Under the pieces are notes generated by a model. That model was not told the DNA's origin. It saw nothing but the letters and a program-made list of their open reading frames with translations, and made no database searches. Made by a program: the position numbers and the translations under genes. Of a DNA stretch of 64,000 nt, positions 1 through 10,496 are shown piece by piece. Source of the DNA: Nitrospirota bacterium. GTDB taxonomy: Bacteria; Nitrospirota; Nitrospiria; Nitrospirales; NS-4. The first letter of the stretch is position 1. The number at the start of each line of letters is the position of its first letter. The stretch covers positions 800,001-864,000 of the forward strand of contig CAWBGA010000017.1 of assembly GCA_963788195.1 (NCBI GenBank), in the 5' to 3' direction.

Positions 1-366
1 AGCGCGGTCAGGATCCATGCGGGCGGCCGGGAAACGACACGTCGCGGGCTGCACGGCTACTGGTTATATTCGTTTTCGCAACGCCATGCCGCTTCACAAG
101 AACAACCCACACATGAACGGTTGTGCAGAGATAGAACGTCATCATTCAGACGTCCTTGCTTCCGTTAGTAGGGGGTTTCCTGGATGCCAGGGGTAGAGAG
201 CCCCTGCGCACCGAGTGAGTACTAGGCCGGAAGTGTCACTGGAACCACTGGTCATAAACACTGGGAGACTAGCGAAGAATACTAGGCTGGAGAACCCTTA
301 TGGAATGGCATTCACCTGGAACGATGCGTCAATCCTTCGCACAACACGTGGGCGTAACAGCAACTC

Positions 367-702
367 CTACGGTCGTGACCAATTAATATGTGATACTCGC
401 TCCCCTCCAAACGTGAGTTCGATGATCCAGTGATCGGCAGTAGAGTAGACCCACGTGGCCGCCCGGGCACGTTTAAACATGTGGCGGGGAGGACCTGCAT
501 GGCTGATGACTTCCCCTTTGGTCATGCCCGTCGAAAGCATCCGCATAACTTCAAAGGATATTTCATGACTGCTGTCCTTGACTGTGCTCTGAGAAGGCTT
601 CGAATACGTCCGGCGCTCGCTTTTCGCATCCGCGGGGCTCACGGCCCACGTAAATAACGAGACACTGATCGCCATGACTAAGATCGCAATCGCATTCATC
701 AC
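367..702 (-). CDS. Small exported protein (SmpA/OmlA- or DUF2845-like small domain)
   Basis: N-terminal signal peptide ending in ADA; GMTKGEVISHAGPP...WVY pattern; GGAGG SD upstream. Confidence 0.6.
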   Translation of the reverse strand: MMNAIAILVMAISVSLFTWAVSPADAKSERRTYSKPSQSTVKDSSHEISFEVMRMLSTGMTKGEVISHAGPPRHMFKRARAATWVYSTADHWIIELTFGGERVSHINWSRP

Positions 703-777
703 TAACCTCCCTGGTTAAATTGTGCACCCACAGATTGTGGGTCGTTACTGCTTTGTTTGTTCTGCTGCCACAGACAT

Positions 778-792
778 ACAAAAGCCGTGCCT
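778..792 (-). promoter_or_regulatory. Putative sigma54 (-24/-12) promoter
   Basis: Minus strand AGGCACGGCTTTTGT = GG-N10-GT, ~75 bp upstream of the 367..702 gene. Confidence 0.55.
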
Positions 793-880
793 GTGAACGA
801 ATCCAGCAGGATTAGAGCGCGGTTAGTGGAAGTCCTGTAGCAGTTTTTGAATCACCCTGAACGCCAGTTCACTGGGGCAA

Positions 881-910
881 TGGGCAATGCTCTTCAGGAA
901 CCATTGCCCA
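881..910. promoter_or_regulatory. Inverted repeat TGGGCAATG-N12-CATTGCCCA (candidate activator site or terminator)
   Basis: Perfect 9-bp arms ~90-120 bp upstream of the sigma54 motif and downstream of the amidohydrolase stop. Confidence 0.4.
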
Positions 911-976
911 CTTTAGAAATATCATGTAACGCGCTACTGCCTGGAAGCTGATAGAGAGCGTGATGATGCTTCGCCC

Positions 977-1993
977 TTACCGAGCGGCAGCAAGCTGGTC
1001 GAAGGAGCGGAAGCCGATGCCGAGCGCCTTTAAAATCAAATACTGTTTGTCGAAGCGGTTCGTGGTTCGCAAGATGTTCTTAAAGGCCAGCAGCGGGACG
1101 CGTCCCCAACACGGAAAATGGAACACCGCCAGCGGATAATCGGTGCCGAACAACAACCGGTCGGACAGTTCGGGATGATGGCGCAGTCGGAGCAGCATAC
1201 CAAACCGGTTGGGGTGGGTCAGCGCGGAGAGATCGGTGTAGAAGCGCGGATACCGCCGGGCCAGTTCCAACAAGGTGGGATAGAACTTCTCGTAGAAGAA
1301 TAGCCCTCGGCTGCAGCCGTGCGCCGCGATTACGGTGACCCCTTCCTCCAGCGCCACGCGTAAGCGATTCGGGTCTCCCGCCGATTGATCCTTTCCACCA
1401 AGACTGAACTCGTATCCAACATGGCTCAGTAGGGGAATCCGACGATGCGCCATGGCCTTGTAAAACGGAATGAATGACCGGTCACAAGGATCAAACCCTT
1501 GGATATTGGGCAGAACCTTTACTAATGCAGCGCCGGCTTCCACGCAACGGTCCAACTCCTCAATTGCATCGCGCCGTCGGGGATTGATTGAGACTCCTGG
1601 CAAGAACTCATTGGGATGGCGCCTGGCTATGTCCAACACGTAATCATTGCCGATCAAGAAATCCGTCTCGCCTAGGTCTAGCTTTCCATCTCGTCCATAG
1701 ACCCCATCCATGCCCAACAGAATCGCCTTGCCGACGTATTGTGAGCGTGCAAGCTCGTCCCGAAGCTGGTTCACGTATTTTTGGTTGCAGCTTTCGGGGT
1801 CCGTCGCCTTTAGATCATGTTTCCACAACAGAAAGCGAAACAGCGGACTGTGAAGCATTCCGCGAGAGATGTGGCAGCCGTTCGGGCCATCTGGAAGTGC
1901 GGCTAAGTGAACGTGACAGTCTATGATTTTTGCGGGAAGCGAAGCGACAGCGGCCGGATCCGCTGCGTCGGCCTCCAATGCTGATGGCGTCAT
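977..1993 (-). CDS. Amidohydrolase family protein (Amidohydro_2-like)
   Basis: IDCHVH, IAAH and LLFGTDYP metal-binding motifs. Confidence 0.85.
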   Translation of the reverse strand: MTPSALEADAADPAAVASLPAKIIDCHVHLAALPDGPNGCHISRGMLHSPLFRFLLWKHDLKATDPESCNQKYVNQLRDELARSQYVGKAILLGMDGVYGRDGKLDLGETDFLIGNDYVLDIARRHPNEFLPGVSINPRRRDAIEELDRCVEAGAALVKVLPNIQGFDPCDRSFIPFYKAMAHRRIPLLSHVGYEFSLGGKDQSAGDPNRLRVALEEGVTVIAAHGCSRGLFFYEKFYPTLLELARRYPRFYTDLSALTHPNRFGMLLRLRHHPELSDRLLFGTDYPLAVFHFPCWGRVPLLAFKNILRTTNRFDKQYLILKALGIGFRSFDQLAAAR

Positions 1994-4170
1994 GGATCCG
2001 GCATCTGGGTCTCAGCTTTCCGCAACCAACGATACGTGCGGCCAAGCAATCGTGCGGCCTGGGTCTTGTTGCCGCCGTTTTCTTTGATGGCGCGGCGGAT
2101 CAGGCTCCACTCGATCCTCTCGATGAAGCCGGTCAGACCCTTGCCGGACTTGAGTGCCTGAGTCACCAAGGGCCACTCCAGGCGTTCAACGACGTCCTCA
2201 AGCCCCGCCCCGGAGATCGGCGCCTGGGCTTCCCGCAGATTTGACGGCAAATACTCCGGACCGAGCATCGTCACCTTTGACGGTGCCAGCGTGATCGCCC
2301 GCACGAGCGCATTTTCAAGTTCCCTGATGTTGCCTGGCCACGGATATTTCATCATGATCTGTATAGTTTCGGAGTGTAATCCTCGCACATGCTTTTTTTG
2401 AGCGGCCGCGTGCCGTGCGATGATCTGTTCAGAGATGAGGGGGATATCCTCGATCCGCTCACGCAGTGGCGGCAAACGGATTGGGAACACATGCAGCCGA
2501 TAGAACAGGTCTTGTCGGAACTTGCGGTCAGCAACGAGTCCGGGCAGATCTTGATTCGTAGCAGCGATGATGCGGACGTCTACTTTAATGTCCTGCTGTC
2601 CGCCTACACGTTGAAACTCTCGTTCTTGCAAAACGCGCAGCAGCTTAATCTGCATCGCTGTAGAGATCTCGCCGATCTCATCTAAGAAGAGCGTCCCGCC
2701 ATCCGCCTGTTCGAATTTACCTTTTTTTTGCGCAACCGCCCCGGTAAAGGCGCCACGCTCGTGCCCGAACAACTCCGATTCCAGGAGAGTTTCCGCCAGC
2801 GCGCCGCAGTTGACTGCGAGAAATCGACCCCCGCGGCGAGGGCTCAGCTGATGAATGAGCCGTGACGTCTGCTCCTTGCCCGTGCCCGTCTCCCCCGTCA
2901 GCAACACTGTTGCATCGGTACGTGCCACCGTGCGCGCAAGACCGAGCAGATCCTGGAAGGCACGGCTTTGACCGATCATGCCCCCGCTTTCAGTACGACC
3001 ATAGAGTTCGTCACGCAGATGGGCATTCTCCTCGAGCAGGGCCCGGTTACGGATAAAAATGCCCAGGGTTCGGCGTTGGGTGCTTTGGAGTCCTCCGAGA
3101 TGCTCGAACAACCGCTGAGACATTGCCTGTTTTGGATTGTGGTCCAGAGGGCGCTCCGCTCGCTCGTCCCAGCAAAATCGATACCGCGTATATGGCGCAT
3201 CGAACAACGCGCCTTCCCGTAAAATGAATTCCAGCCGGCCGTTGCGCAACACTCCGCCGGTCACAATTTTCAGCGCGCTGTGCTCCCTCTTTTCCGTTTC
3301 TGCGCGATCAGAGGCCAACGCCCGACCTCCTTGCCAGCCCTCAACAGGTTCGACACCCAGTGCGTGTGATCGCGCGGTCGCGACAATCGTACCCGTGGCG
3401 CGCTCCTTGATGGTCAACAAACCGGCGCCTTTCTTTGTCTTCGCTTGATCAAGCAGGTACAGATCGCCAAACTCGGCGATAACCGTGGAAAGTTTTAGTT
3501 GAGAATATTCCTCTTCGCAGGATACTTTTTCGACGAACGGATAGAGCTTCGAGAACCCTTCTATATTGCCCTTTACCAGAAGACTCGTCCCGATCGCAGG
3601 CTCCACAGATGGCAGGAAACGAACCAGAATATACAGTGTCCTGATCTCGTCCGCGCGAGCAAACGCTTGCATCTCTAAGTAGTTGCTATAGGCAGGGCCC
3701 CAGAGCTTAGAGCATCGGACAACGGCGGTGACATCGTCGAGGTACCGAGCGATTGTCTCAATCAGCGCCGGTTGTCGGCCCTCAGTGCAGGCAAAAAACG
3801 CAAGGGCGGCACGGTAGGTGATATCTTTCTGCCCGCTGGCTACCTCGCTGCGTCGGATGAGCTCACGGAGGACGGCATAGGGAACCCAGTTGTTGGGATC
3901 GAGCAGGAAACTCCTGGGATCATGGATATGATCAAAGCCCTCTGCCGCCCCGATGACCCGTTGATAATCCACCTCTGCGGTGGCCGGCTGGACGCCATCC
4001 AGAAAGCGTATGATCATGCTCGTCAAGAAACAGGTGGCCCACGGATCCGCTACCTCTGTGACGTCCCCGACGGCGACAGACGGCGACGCATCGTGTTTGT
4101 ACTTCAACGCCGTCGGCATGGCTGAGGGTCCCAGTGCCTTAGTCGAGGCATCAGTCGCGGTCCAGGCCAT
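1990..4170 (-). CDS. Sigma54-dependent Fis-family activator with a long uncharacterised N-terminal domain
   Basis: GETGTGKE Walker A, ESELFGHERGAFTGA, LFLDEIGE, WPGNIREL, C-terminal HTH; ~390-aa N-terminus with no receiver domain. Confidence 0.9.
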   Translation of the reverse strand: MAWTATDASTKALGPSAMPTALKYKHDASPSVAVGDVTEVADPWATCFLTSMIIRFLDGVQPATAEVDYQRVIGAAEGFDHIHDPRSFLLDPNNWVPYAVLRELIRRSEVASGQKDITYRAALAFFACTEGRQPALIETIARYLDDVTAVVRCSKLWGPAYSNYLEMQAFARADEIRTLYILVRFLPSVEPAIGTSLLVKGNIEGFSKLYPFVEKVSCEEEYSQLKLSTVIAEFGDLYLLDQAKTKKGAGLLTIKERATGTIVATARSHALGVEPVEGWQGGRALASDRAETEKREHSALKIVTGGVLRNGRLEFILREGALFDAPYTRYRFCWDERAERPLDHNPKQAMSQRLFEHLGGLQSTQRRTLGIFIRNRALLEENAHLRDELYGRTESGGMIGQSRAFQDLLGLARTVARTDATVLLTGETGTGKEQTSRLIHQLSPRRGGRFLAVNCGALAETLLESELFGHERGAFTGAVAQKKGKFEQADGGTLFLDEIGEISTAMQIKLLRVLQEREFQRVGGQQDIKVDVRIIAATNQDLPGLVADRKFRQDLFYRLHVFPIRLPPLRERIEDIPLISEQIIARHAAAQKKHVRGLHSETIQIMMKYPWPGNIRELENALVRAITLAPSKVTMLGPEYLPSNLREAQAPISGAGLEDVVERLEWPLVTQALKSGKGLTGFIERIEWSLIRRAIKENGGNKTQAARLLGRTYRWLRKAETQMPDP

Positions 4171-5515
4171 AGTCCTTGACCTTCGTCAGCAACGTCTTGT
4201 AGCTGACCTGCAGAATTTCAGCGGCTCGCGATTTATTGCCCCCCGTCTCTCCCAAGACCCGTTCAATGAGCTTGGTTTCCGCGGCGCGCGACGCCGCACT
4301 GCTCACCGCCTGCAACCCCGCGTTCATGGAGGGTTCCTCCACGCCAGGAGATGTCGTCATGTTCACCCCTAAGTGCTCGGGTTTGACGACACGGCCATCG
4401 CACAGGATCACGGCTCGCTCGATGCAGTTTTGCAGTTCGCGCACATTTCCTGTCCAGGGAAGACGCATCATGAGAGCCAATGCTTCCGGCGAGACGCTCT
4501 TGACGTCCTTCTTCAGCTCGCGGGCATACACGCCGAGCAGGTGCTCCACTAACAGAGGAATATCATCCCGCCGGTCGCGCAAGGGAGGCATCACGATGGG
4601 AAAGACATTCAGCCGGTAAAAAAGGTCCGCCCGGAATGTTTGCGTCGTCACTCCTGCTTCCAAATCCTTGTTCGTCGCCGCAATCAGGCGAACATCGGCC
4701 TTTACTTTGGTGGTGCCCCCGACGCGCATGAAGCGATCGCCTTCAAGGACACGAAGGACTTTGCCCTGCAAGCCCAGTTCCATATCGCCGATCTCGTCCA
4801 GGAAGATCGTGCCTTCATCAGCAAGCTCGAACTTTCCGATCTTGCGGGCTGTCGCGCCTGTGAAGGCGCCCCTCTCGTGACCGAAGAGTTCGCTCTCCAA
4901 AAGATCCTTAGGGATCGCCGCACAATTGATAGCGATGAAGGGACTATTCTTTCTGGGGCTCAGATCGTGAATCAACCTTGCGAACAACTCCTTGCCGGTA
5001 CCGCTTTCCCCGCGAAGGAGGACAGTGGTCGTTCCCCCAGCCACCTTTCTGGCCTTCTCCTGGGCTTCGGTAAGAACGCGGCTCTGGCCAATGAGCTTTG
5101 CTTCTCGCCTTTGCAGTAACTGTTCCTTCAGGAGGAGATTCTCCGTGACAAGCTGACGGGTCTCAAGCGCCTTGCCGATGGTTAACAATAGATGTTCTGG
5201 ATCGACCGGTTTCTGGAGAAAGTCGAACGCGCCCTCCTTAACCGCTTTGACTGCGGTCTCGATGGTCCCGTGTGCCGTCATCATGACGACCGGAATCATC
5301 GGGTTTTCGTCTTTTACAGCTTGCAGCACCTCTAATCCCGTTTTTTCTGGAAGTTTCAAATCCGTCAGGACCAGATCCACTTTATTCTGGCGAAACCAAT
5401 CCAGGCCGGCCTCAGCGTCCGGAGCCAGGATCACCTGGTGTCCCTCGATCTCCATGTGCCGCGCGAGAATCTTCGCCATTCGCTCATTGTCTTCGATCAG
5501 CAAAATAATGCTCAC
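4151..5515 (-). CDS. Sigma54-dependent response regulator (NtrC/PilR/ZraR family)
   Basis: N-terminal receiver (IEDN...LTDLKLP...MTAHG...KP), GAFTGA AAA+ domain, Fis HTH. Confidence 0.92.
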   Translation of the reverse strand: MSIILLIEDNERMAKILARHMEIEGHQVILAPDAEAGLDWFRQNKVDLVLTDLKLPEKTGLEVLQAVKDENPMIPVVMMTAHGTIETAVKAVKEGAFDFLQKPVDPEHLLLTIGKALETRQLVTENLLLKEQLLQRREAKLIGQSRVLTEAQEKARKVAGGTTTVLLRGESGTGKELFARLIHDLSPRKNSPFIAINCAAIPKDLLESELFGHERGAFTGATARKIGKFELADEGTIFLDEIGDMELGLQGKVLRVLEGDRFMRVGGTTKVKADVRLIAATNKDLEAGVTTQTFRADLFYRLNVFPIVMPPLRDRRDDIPLLVEHLLGVYARELKKDVKSVSPEALALMMRLPWTGNVRELQNCIERAVILCDGRVVKPEHLGVNMTTSPGVEEPSMNAGLQAVSSAASRAAETKLIERVLGETGGNKSRAAEILQVSYKTLLTKVKDYGLDRD

Positions 5516-6963
5516 GGATGCTCCCCCATCGGCAAATGGACGCGAAAAGTCGTGCCCTCGCCTTCCCGGCTTTCGACATCAATCCCTCCGTTATGCAACA
5601 GGATGATCTTATGCACCAACGCCAGCCCGAGTCCTGTCCCCTTGGTTTTCGTGGTGTAAAATGGAAGAAAAATCTTCTCGAGCCGATCACCCGGGATTCC
5701 TAAGCCGGTGTCACTAATTCGCAATTCTAATTCGCGGCGACTGGCCTGAGACTGCATCACTTTCGTCGCAATCTGAAGTTCGCCCCCCTTGGGCATCGCT
5801 TCGATTGCGTTCTGCACCAGGTTGCTCAATGCCTGGCGCATCAAGACCTCATCGATCGAGATTTGTCCGATGTTCGCCGGACAGCGGATCTCCAGATGAT
5901 GGGACGGAGTGGCGCACTGGGCCCATGCCTGTTCGACAACGCGTCTGAGCCATTGCTCGACCGTGACAGGGCTAAGATCGAGCTCAGTCTTTTTTGCAAA
6001 ATTGAGAAACTGTGTGATCAGATGATCCATGTCTGAAACGACATGAAGAATGGCGCTCAGGCTCTCTTGGGACGGGTCTTTCGCAGGGACCTGTCGCGCA
6101 GCCAATTTGGCGGCTCCCAGAATCGTGCCCATGAAATTGCGAAACTCGTGCGCAATACCGGCGGACATTTCTCCCAACACAGTCATGCGTTCCCGTAACT
6201 CAACCTGGGCCTGCAGTTCTTTGACTTCCGTAAGGTCCGTAAAAACAAACGTCGTGCCAATCAGTCGCCCGGCGCGATCCTTCAATAATGAAGTGCTGAC
6301 TCCCAACCAGATTCGCCGACTATCGGGCAGCTCTAATTTAAACTGCTCACGCGTGAGAATTTCGCCATGCCGGTGAGCGCGGTCTAACAACCCCCTGACT
6401 TTGCTGTGGGGCCCAAAGACCTCGGCACAAGTCTTTCCAATGGCAGTCTCCCGCTGGATCCGCAAAATTCGGCCGGCCGCTTCGTTAAAGGTCGTGACCA
6501 CGGAGTCCTCATTAAAAGTGATGACGCCGCTGGCCACGCTTCGAAGGATGTTCTCATTGTAACTTTCAATTTCCTGCGTGCGGGCCTCTGCTTCCGAGCG
6601 CAACCTGACCAGTTCATGCTCCTTCTCGCGCAAGCGGATCACAACGTCACGGAAAGCGTCGATGACGACGCCGGTGCGGTCGTGCTCAATAGCCACCGTT
6701 GGGGTCGAGGGCGTTTCCTCCTCGCCGCCCTGCCTCACGTTGACGAATCTAGAGACAACCCAGTAGAGGGCGGGAAGAAGCAGCAGAAGCGCGGCCAATA
6801 CCTTCATCAGCACACTGGCGGTGGGTTGTATACCCGCGATTCCGCGTGGGTCCAGAACCCGTTGCATCAGGAGGAGTTGAAAGGCCAGGGTCACGAGAAA
6901 CAGCACGAACAGGACCGTCCACCCTACCATGATCGGCCGCAGACGGTATCCGACCATGTTCAC
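5512..6963 (-). CDS. Membrane PAS sensor histidine kinase (PilS/NtrB-like)
   Basis: Two TM helices, PAS domain, AHEFRN H-box, NLVQNA, DTGLG, GTGLGL. Confidence 0.9.
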   Translation of the reverse strand: MNMVGYRLRPIMVGWTVLFVLFLVTLAFQLLLMQRVLDPRGIAGIQPTASVLMKVLAALLLLLPALYWVVSRFVNVRQGGEEETPSTPTVAIEHDRTGVVIDAFRDVVIRLREKEHELVRLRSEAEARTQEIESYNENILRSVASGVITFNEDSVVTTFNEAAGRILRIQRETAIGKTCAEVFGPHSKVRGLLDRAHRHGEILTREQFKLELPDSRRIWLGVSTSLLKDRAGRLIGTTFVFTDLTEVKELQAQVELRERMTVLGEMSAGIAHEFRNFMGTILGAAKLAARQVPAKDPSQESLSAILHVVSDMDHLITQFLNFAKKTELDLSPVTVEQWLRRVVEQAWAQCATPSHHLEIRCPANIGQISIDEVLMRQALSNLVQNAIEAMPKGGELQIATKVMQSQASRRELELRISDTGLGIPGDRLEKIFLPFYTTKTKGTGLGLALVHKIILLHNGGIDVESREGEGTTFRVHLPMGEHP

Positions 6964-7751
6964 CCGCCTCCGCTGAGAATGTTTCTATACCAGCCCAAGA
7001 TCTCCTGACCGTAAAAGATCGCGACGACCGCTCCGAGCGATAGAAAGGGGCCAAAAGGAATCGGCTTCTCAAAGGACAGGCGCGTTTCGCGTTTGATCGC
7101 CCGGAGTCCCATGATCATGATCCCCACAACGGATCCCAGCACGCTGCCTAGGAAGATCGTAAGAATGGCCGGCACCCATCCAAGAAATGCTCCGATCATT
7201 GCGAGCAGCTTAATATCACCGCCGCCCATTCCTTCCTTGCCGAACAGGTACGGACTGATCCAGGCCATGAAGTAAAGTATGCCTCCGCCGACCACAAAGC
7301 CGAGTATGCTGTCCCACCAGTGCGGCAAGAGGAGGGTGCCGACCACAAGGCCTAGGACCATTCCCGGTATCGTGATGCGATCGGGGATAATCATGTGGTC
7401 CAGATCGATGAAGCTGATGACGATCAGAACCGACCAGAGCAGAAGGTAGGTGACTGTGGAGGCGGACAGTCCGAAGCGCCAGACGATCAAACCATAGCCC
7501 GCTGCGTTAAGGACTTCAACCAAAGGGTAGCGCCAGGAGATGCGGCGGCGGCAGGCCCGGCATCGCCCTCGCAGCAACACATAACTCAGAATCGGAAGGT
7601 TATCGTACCAGGAAATCATTGCGGCGCAGCCGGGACAGCGCGAGCGCGGCCACAGCAGCGACTCCTTCAGGGGAAGCCTATGAATGCAGACATTCAGGAA
7701 ACTCCCGATCAGTCCGCCAAAGAGAACTGCCGCGATCAGTTCGAAGGACAC
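6960..7751 (-). CDS. pilD: Prepilin peptidase / N-methyltransferase
   Basis: GSFLNVCIHRLP, two CxxC pairs, IDLDHMIIPD, GMGGGDIKL, IPFGPFL. Confidence 0.95.
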   Translation of the reverse strand: MSFELIAAVLFGGLIGSFLNVCIHRLPLKESLLWPRSRCPGCAAMISWYDNLPILSYVLLRGRCRACRRRISWRYPLVEVLNAAGYGLIVWRFGLSASTVTYLLLWSVLIVISFIDLDHMIIPDRITIPGMVLGLVVGTLLLPHWWDSILGFVVGGGILYFMAWISPYLFGKEGMGGGDIKLLAMIGAFLGWVPAILTIFLGSVLGSVVGIMIMGLRAIKRETRLSFEKPIPFGPFLSLGAVVAIFYGQEILGWYRNILSGGG

Positions 7752-7959
7752 AAGACCTGCAGATTCATTAATGCTCCTGGCCTAGATACTACTACCGAAG
7801 TAAAGGCTGACAGCCATTCTACGGGAACCCCACTAACGGAGCAAGACCCCTCCCAATTTTCCTGGTATGTGCCTTTACATATTTAATTGGATATGGGATA
7901 GTCCGTCGCCAACCTTGTATCTCACTGTTCTACGTAACGTAAAAGGAGTCTGAGGCGCT

Positions 7960-8193
7960 ATGGATAGAAGAAAGAAAAACGGTGTCGCGTCTTTGACCGA
8001 CCGGGAGCAGGAGATCCTCCAGTTAATTTGGAATGGCCTGAAGAATCGCGAGATCGGCGCGCGCTTGAAAATCAGCGTGAAAACCGTCGAGGCCCATCGC
8101 GCCAATATGATGAAAAAGCTCCGGGTGTCGAACGCCGCGCAACTTTTAAAGGCGGCTATCGAAGAAGGTTTTATCCGGTTTCGCCGCGCGTAA
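7960..8193 (+). CDS. Stand-alone LuxR-type HTH protein
   Basis: LTDREQEIL...GLKNREIG...ISVKTVEAHRANMMKKL. Confidence 0.9.
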   Translation: MDRRKKNGVASLTDREQEILQLIWNGLKNREIGARLKISVKTVEAHRANMMKKLRVSNAAQLLKAAIEEGFIRFRRA

Positions 8194-8956
8194 GTGGTTC
8201 GCCCCCGGCGCGTTGCCGAAGCACTTCATACAGAAGCACACCCGCCGCGACTGAGGCATTGAGACTTGAGAGCCGTCCCTGCATAGGGATGTGGATCCGG
8301 CCGTCGCAGTGTTCGGCGACAAGGGGCCGGATGCCCCGTCCCTCTCCACCAATCACAAGTGCTAAGCCGCCTCGATAGTCGAGGCTACGAAAGTCTTGCT
8401 TGGCCTCAATGTCCAGCGCATAGATCCACATATTTTCCCGCTTTAAACGTTCGATGGTTTGCGAGAGGTTCACGACCCGCGCGACCGGCACGTATTCAAC
8501 AGCACCCGCCGCCGCCTTCGCTACGGTCGCCGTCAAGCCTATCGCCCTGCGCTCAGGAATAATCACCCCATCGACCCCCGTGGCTTCCGCCGTCCTAAGG
8601 ATCGCTCCCAGATTGCGCGGATCCTCGATGCCATCCAGAATCAGAAGCAGTGGCTGTTTCTTCGGCGCTATGCCTTCAAGGAGATCGTCCAGCGAGACGT
8701 AGGCTTTGGCGGCGACGACCCCAACGGCCCCTTGGTGATGGGAGGAGCCGGTCAAATGATCGAGCGCCTCGCGGGGTCGAAAATCTACGGTGATACGTCT
8801 GGTCCGCGCAAGCCTGAGAATCTCATCGATCTCACGACCTTTTCGGCCTTGCTGCAGGTAGATTCCTTCAATGGGCCGATCCGCAGATCGGAGCGCCTCG
8901 AGGATGGGATGGATGCCGTATAACCGGTCACCGTGACTCACGCTCACCGCTTCCAA
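8171..8956 (-). CDS. rlmB: 23S rRNA (guanosine-2'-O)-methyltransferase RlmB
   Basis: HHQG, LDGIEDPRNLGAILRTA, GGEGRG, SLNASVA SpoU motifs; follows cysS. Confidence 0.93.
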   Translation of the reverse strand: MEAVSVSHGDRLYGIHPILEALRSADRPIEGIYLQQGRKGREIDEILRLARTRRITVDFRPREALDHLTGSSHHQGAVGVVAAKAYVSLDDLLEGIAPKKQPLLLILDGIEDPRNLGAILRTAEATGVDGVIIPERRAIGLTATVAKAAAGAVEYVPVARVVNLSQTIERLKRENMWIYALDIEAKQDFRSLDYRGGLALVIGGEGRGIRPLVAEHCDGRIHIPMQGRLSSLNASVAAGVLLYEVLRQRAGGEPLTRGETG

Positions 8957-10431
8957 CGGGTGCTGCCATCGGATCGGTCCTCGATCATGATCCCCCGTGC
9001 AGACAACATCAGCCTGATCTCATCTGCCTTGGCATAATCCTTTCTTCTGCGCGCTTCGTTCCGGTCATCAAGTAGCCGTTCGATTTCCTTAATATCCAAA
9101 TCTCCACCGGGCGGCTCAAGCTGATCCGCAGCCGCCTGTGTAGGCTCCCAATGTACTTTGCTGAATTCCCATTCCATCGGAGACACCTGAAAGAGTCCCA
9201 GTACCTGGCCGAAATGCCGGAAGGCTTCGAGTGCGGCGGCGCGCAACTCGCGTGGTAGTCCTTCCTGCAGCCAGCGGTTGAGGTCGTTACGCAGGCTTTG
9301 AAAGTTAGCGATCACCACCGGCGTGTTAAAATCATCGTCCATTCCGCGCTCAAAATCCTCCGAAAAACTCAGCAGCCGTCTTTGAACATCTCCTTCTTGA
9401 TCGATCGCGGAGCCGGAGACCGCCGGTTCTTTGAGACGCACAAACAGATCGTAGAAGTTATCAAGACCGGCCCAGGCCTGACGAAGGGCGGCATCCGAAA
9501 AGTCAACCGGGCTCCGATAATGCGTGGACAGGAGGAAAAATCTGAGGATCTCGGCCGTCACCTGCTCCGACGCCGGAAACTTTTCGAAGATTTCGCGGAT
9601 CGTGAAGAAGTTCCCCAGCGATTTGGACATTTTTTCTCGATCGATCGTGACCAAACCATTGTGCACCCAATATCGCGCGAATTCCTTCCCGGTCGCGGTT
9701 TCCGATTGGGCGATTTCATTCTCATGATGCGGGAAGATGAGATCTTCACCCCCGCCGTGAATGTCGAACGTCTCACCCAGGTGACGGATGGACATTGCCG
9801 AGCATTCGATGTGCCAACCCGGCCTCCCGGGCCCCCAGGGGCTGTCCCAGGCAGGCTCGCCCGGTTTGGCGCTCTTCCAGAGAGCGAAGTCCATTGGGTG
9901 CCGCTTACGCTCGTCTATCTCAACACGCGCTCCTGCCTGCATTTCATCAAGCTTTCGCCTGGACAATGCCCCGTAGCGTGGAAACGCCTTGATTGCAAAA
10001 TAGACGTCCGAATCGATTTGATACGCAGCGCCTTTTGCGACGAGCGCCTGTACCATGTTGACGATGTCTTGCATGTGCTCCGTCGCTTTTGGTTCAACAG
10101 TCGCGTGTCTCACCCCGAGTTTACCCATGTCGCGGGAGTAGGCTTCGATATAGCGGCGAGTCACTGTCTGCCAGGGTACGGACTGTTCCCGGGCGCGATT
10201 GATAATTTTGTCGTCAACATCAGTAAAATTCTTAACGAATGTCAACTCAAAGCTCAAGTGCTCCAAATAGCGACGGATCATGTCAAAGCACACAGCGCTT
10301 CGCGCGTGGCCCAAATGACACTCGTCGTAGACCGTCACTCCACACACATACATCGTAACCCGACCAGACGCGAGCGGCTCAAAGAGCTCCTTCCTACGGG
10401 TCATGGTATTGAAGATTTTAAGTGCGCTCAT
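8944..10431 (-). CDS. cysS: Cysteine--tRNA ligase
   Basis: CGVTVYD, HLGH, GRPGWHIECSAM, FPHHENE, KMSKS; start trimmed to MSALKIFNT. Confidence 0.97.
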   Translation of the reverse strand: MSALKIFNTMTRRKELFEPLASGRVTMYVCGVTVYDECHLGHARSAVCFDMIRRYLEHLSFELTFVKNFTDVDDKIINRAREQSVPWQTVTRRYIEAYSRDMGKLGVRHATVEPKATEHMQDIVNMVQALVAKGAAYQIDSDVYFAIKAFPRYGALSRRKLDEMQAGARVEIDERKRHPMDFALWKSAKPGEPAWDSPWGPGRPGWHIECSAMSIRHLGETFDIHGGGEDLIFPHHENEIAQSETATGKEFARYWVHNGLVTIDREKMSKSLGNFFTIREIFEKFPASEQVTAEILRFFLLSTHYRSPVDFSDAALRQAWAGLDNFYDLFVRLKEPAVSGSAIDQEGDVQRRLLSFSEDFERGMDDDFNTPVVIANFQSLRNDLNRWLQEGLPRELRAAALEAFRHFGQVLGLFQVSPMEWEFSKVHWEPTQAAADQLEPPGGDLDIKEIERLLDDRNEARRRKDYAKADEIRLMLSARGIMIEDRSDGSTRWKR

Positions 10432-10496
10432 TGAAATCGAACACTTGAGGCTTATGCGAGAGCGGTGAAGATATCGGTCTGGGAGCGTTGCATGAC

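Noticed and set aside
1..360. Possible gene or ncRNA at the left edge
   Set aside because: Only short ORFs without motifs; nothing supportable from this window alone.
9298..10434. Long antisense ORFs (e.g. 378 aa opposite cysS; also 11325..12239, 15623..16513, 33911..34753)
   Set aside because: Shadow ORFs of GC-rich coding genes with no recognisable motifs.
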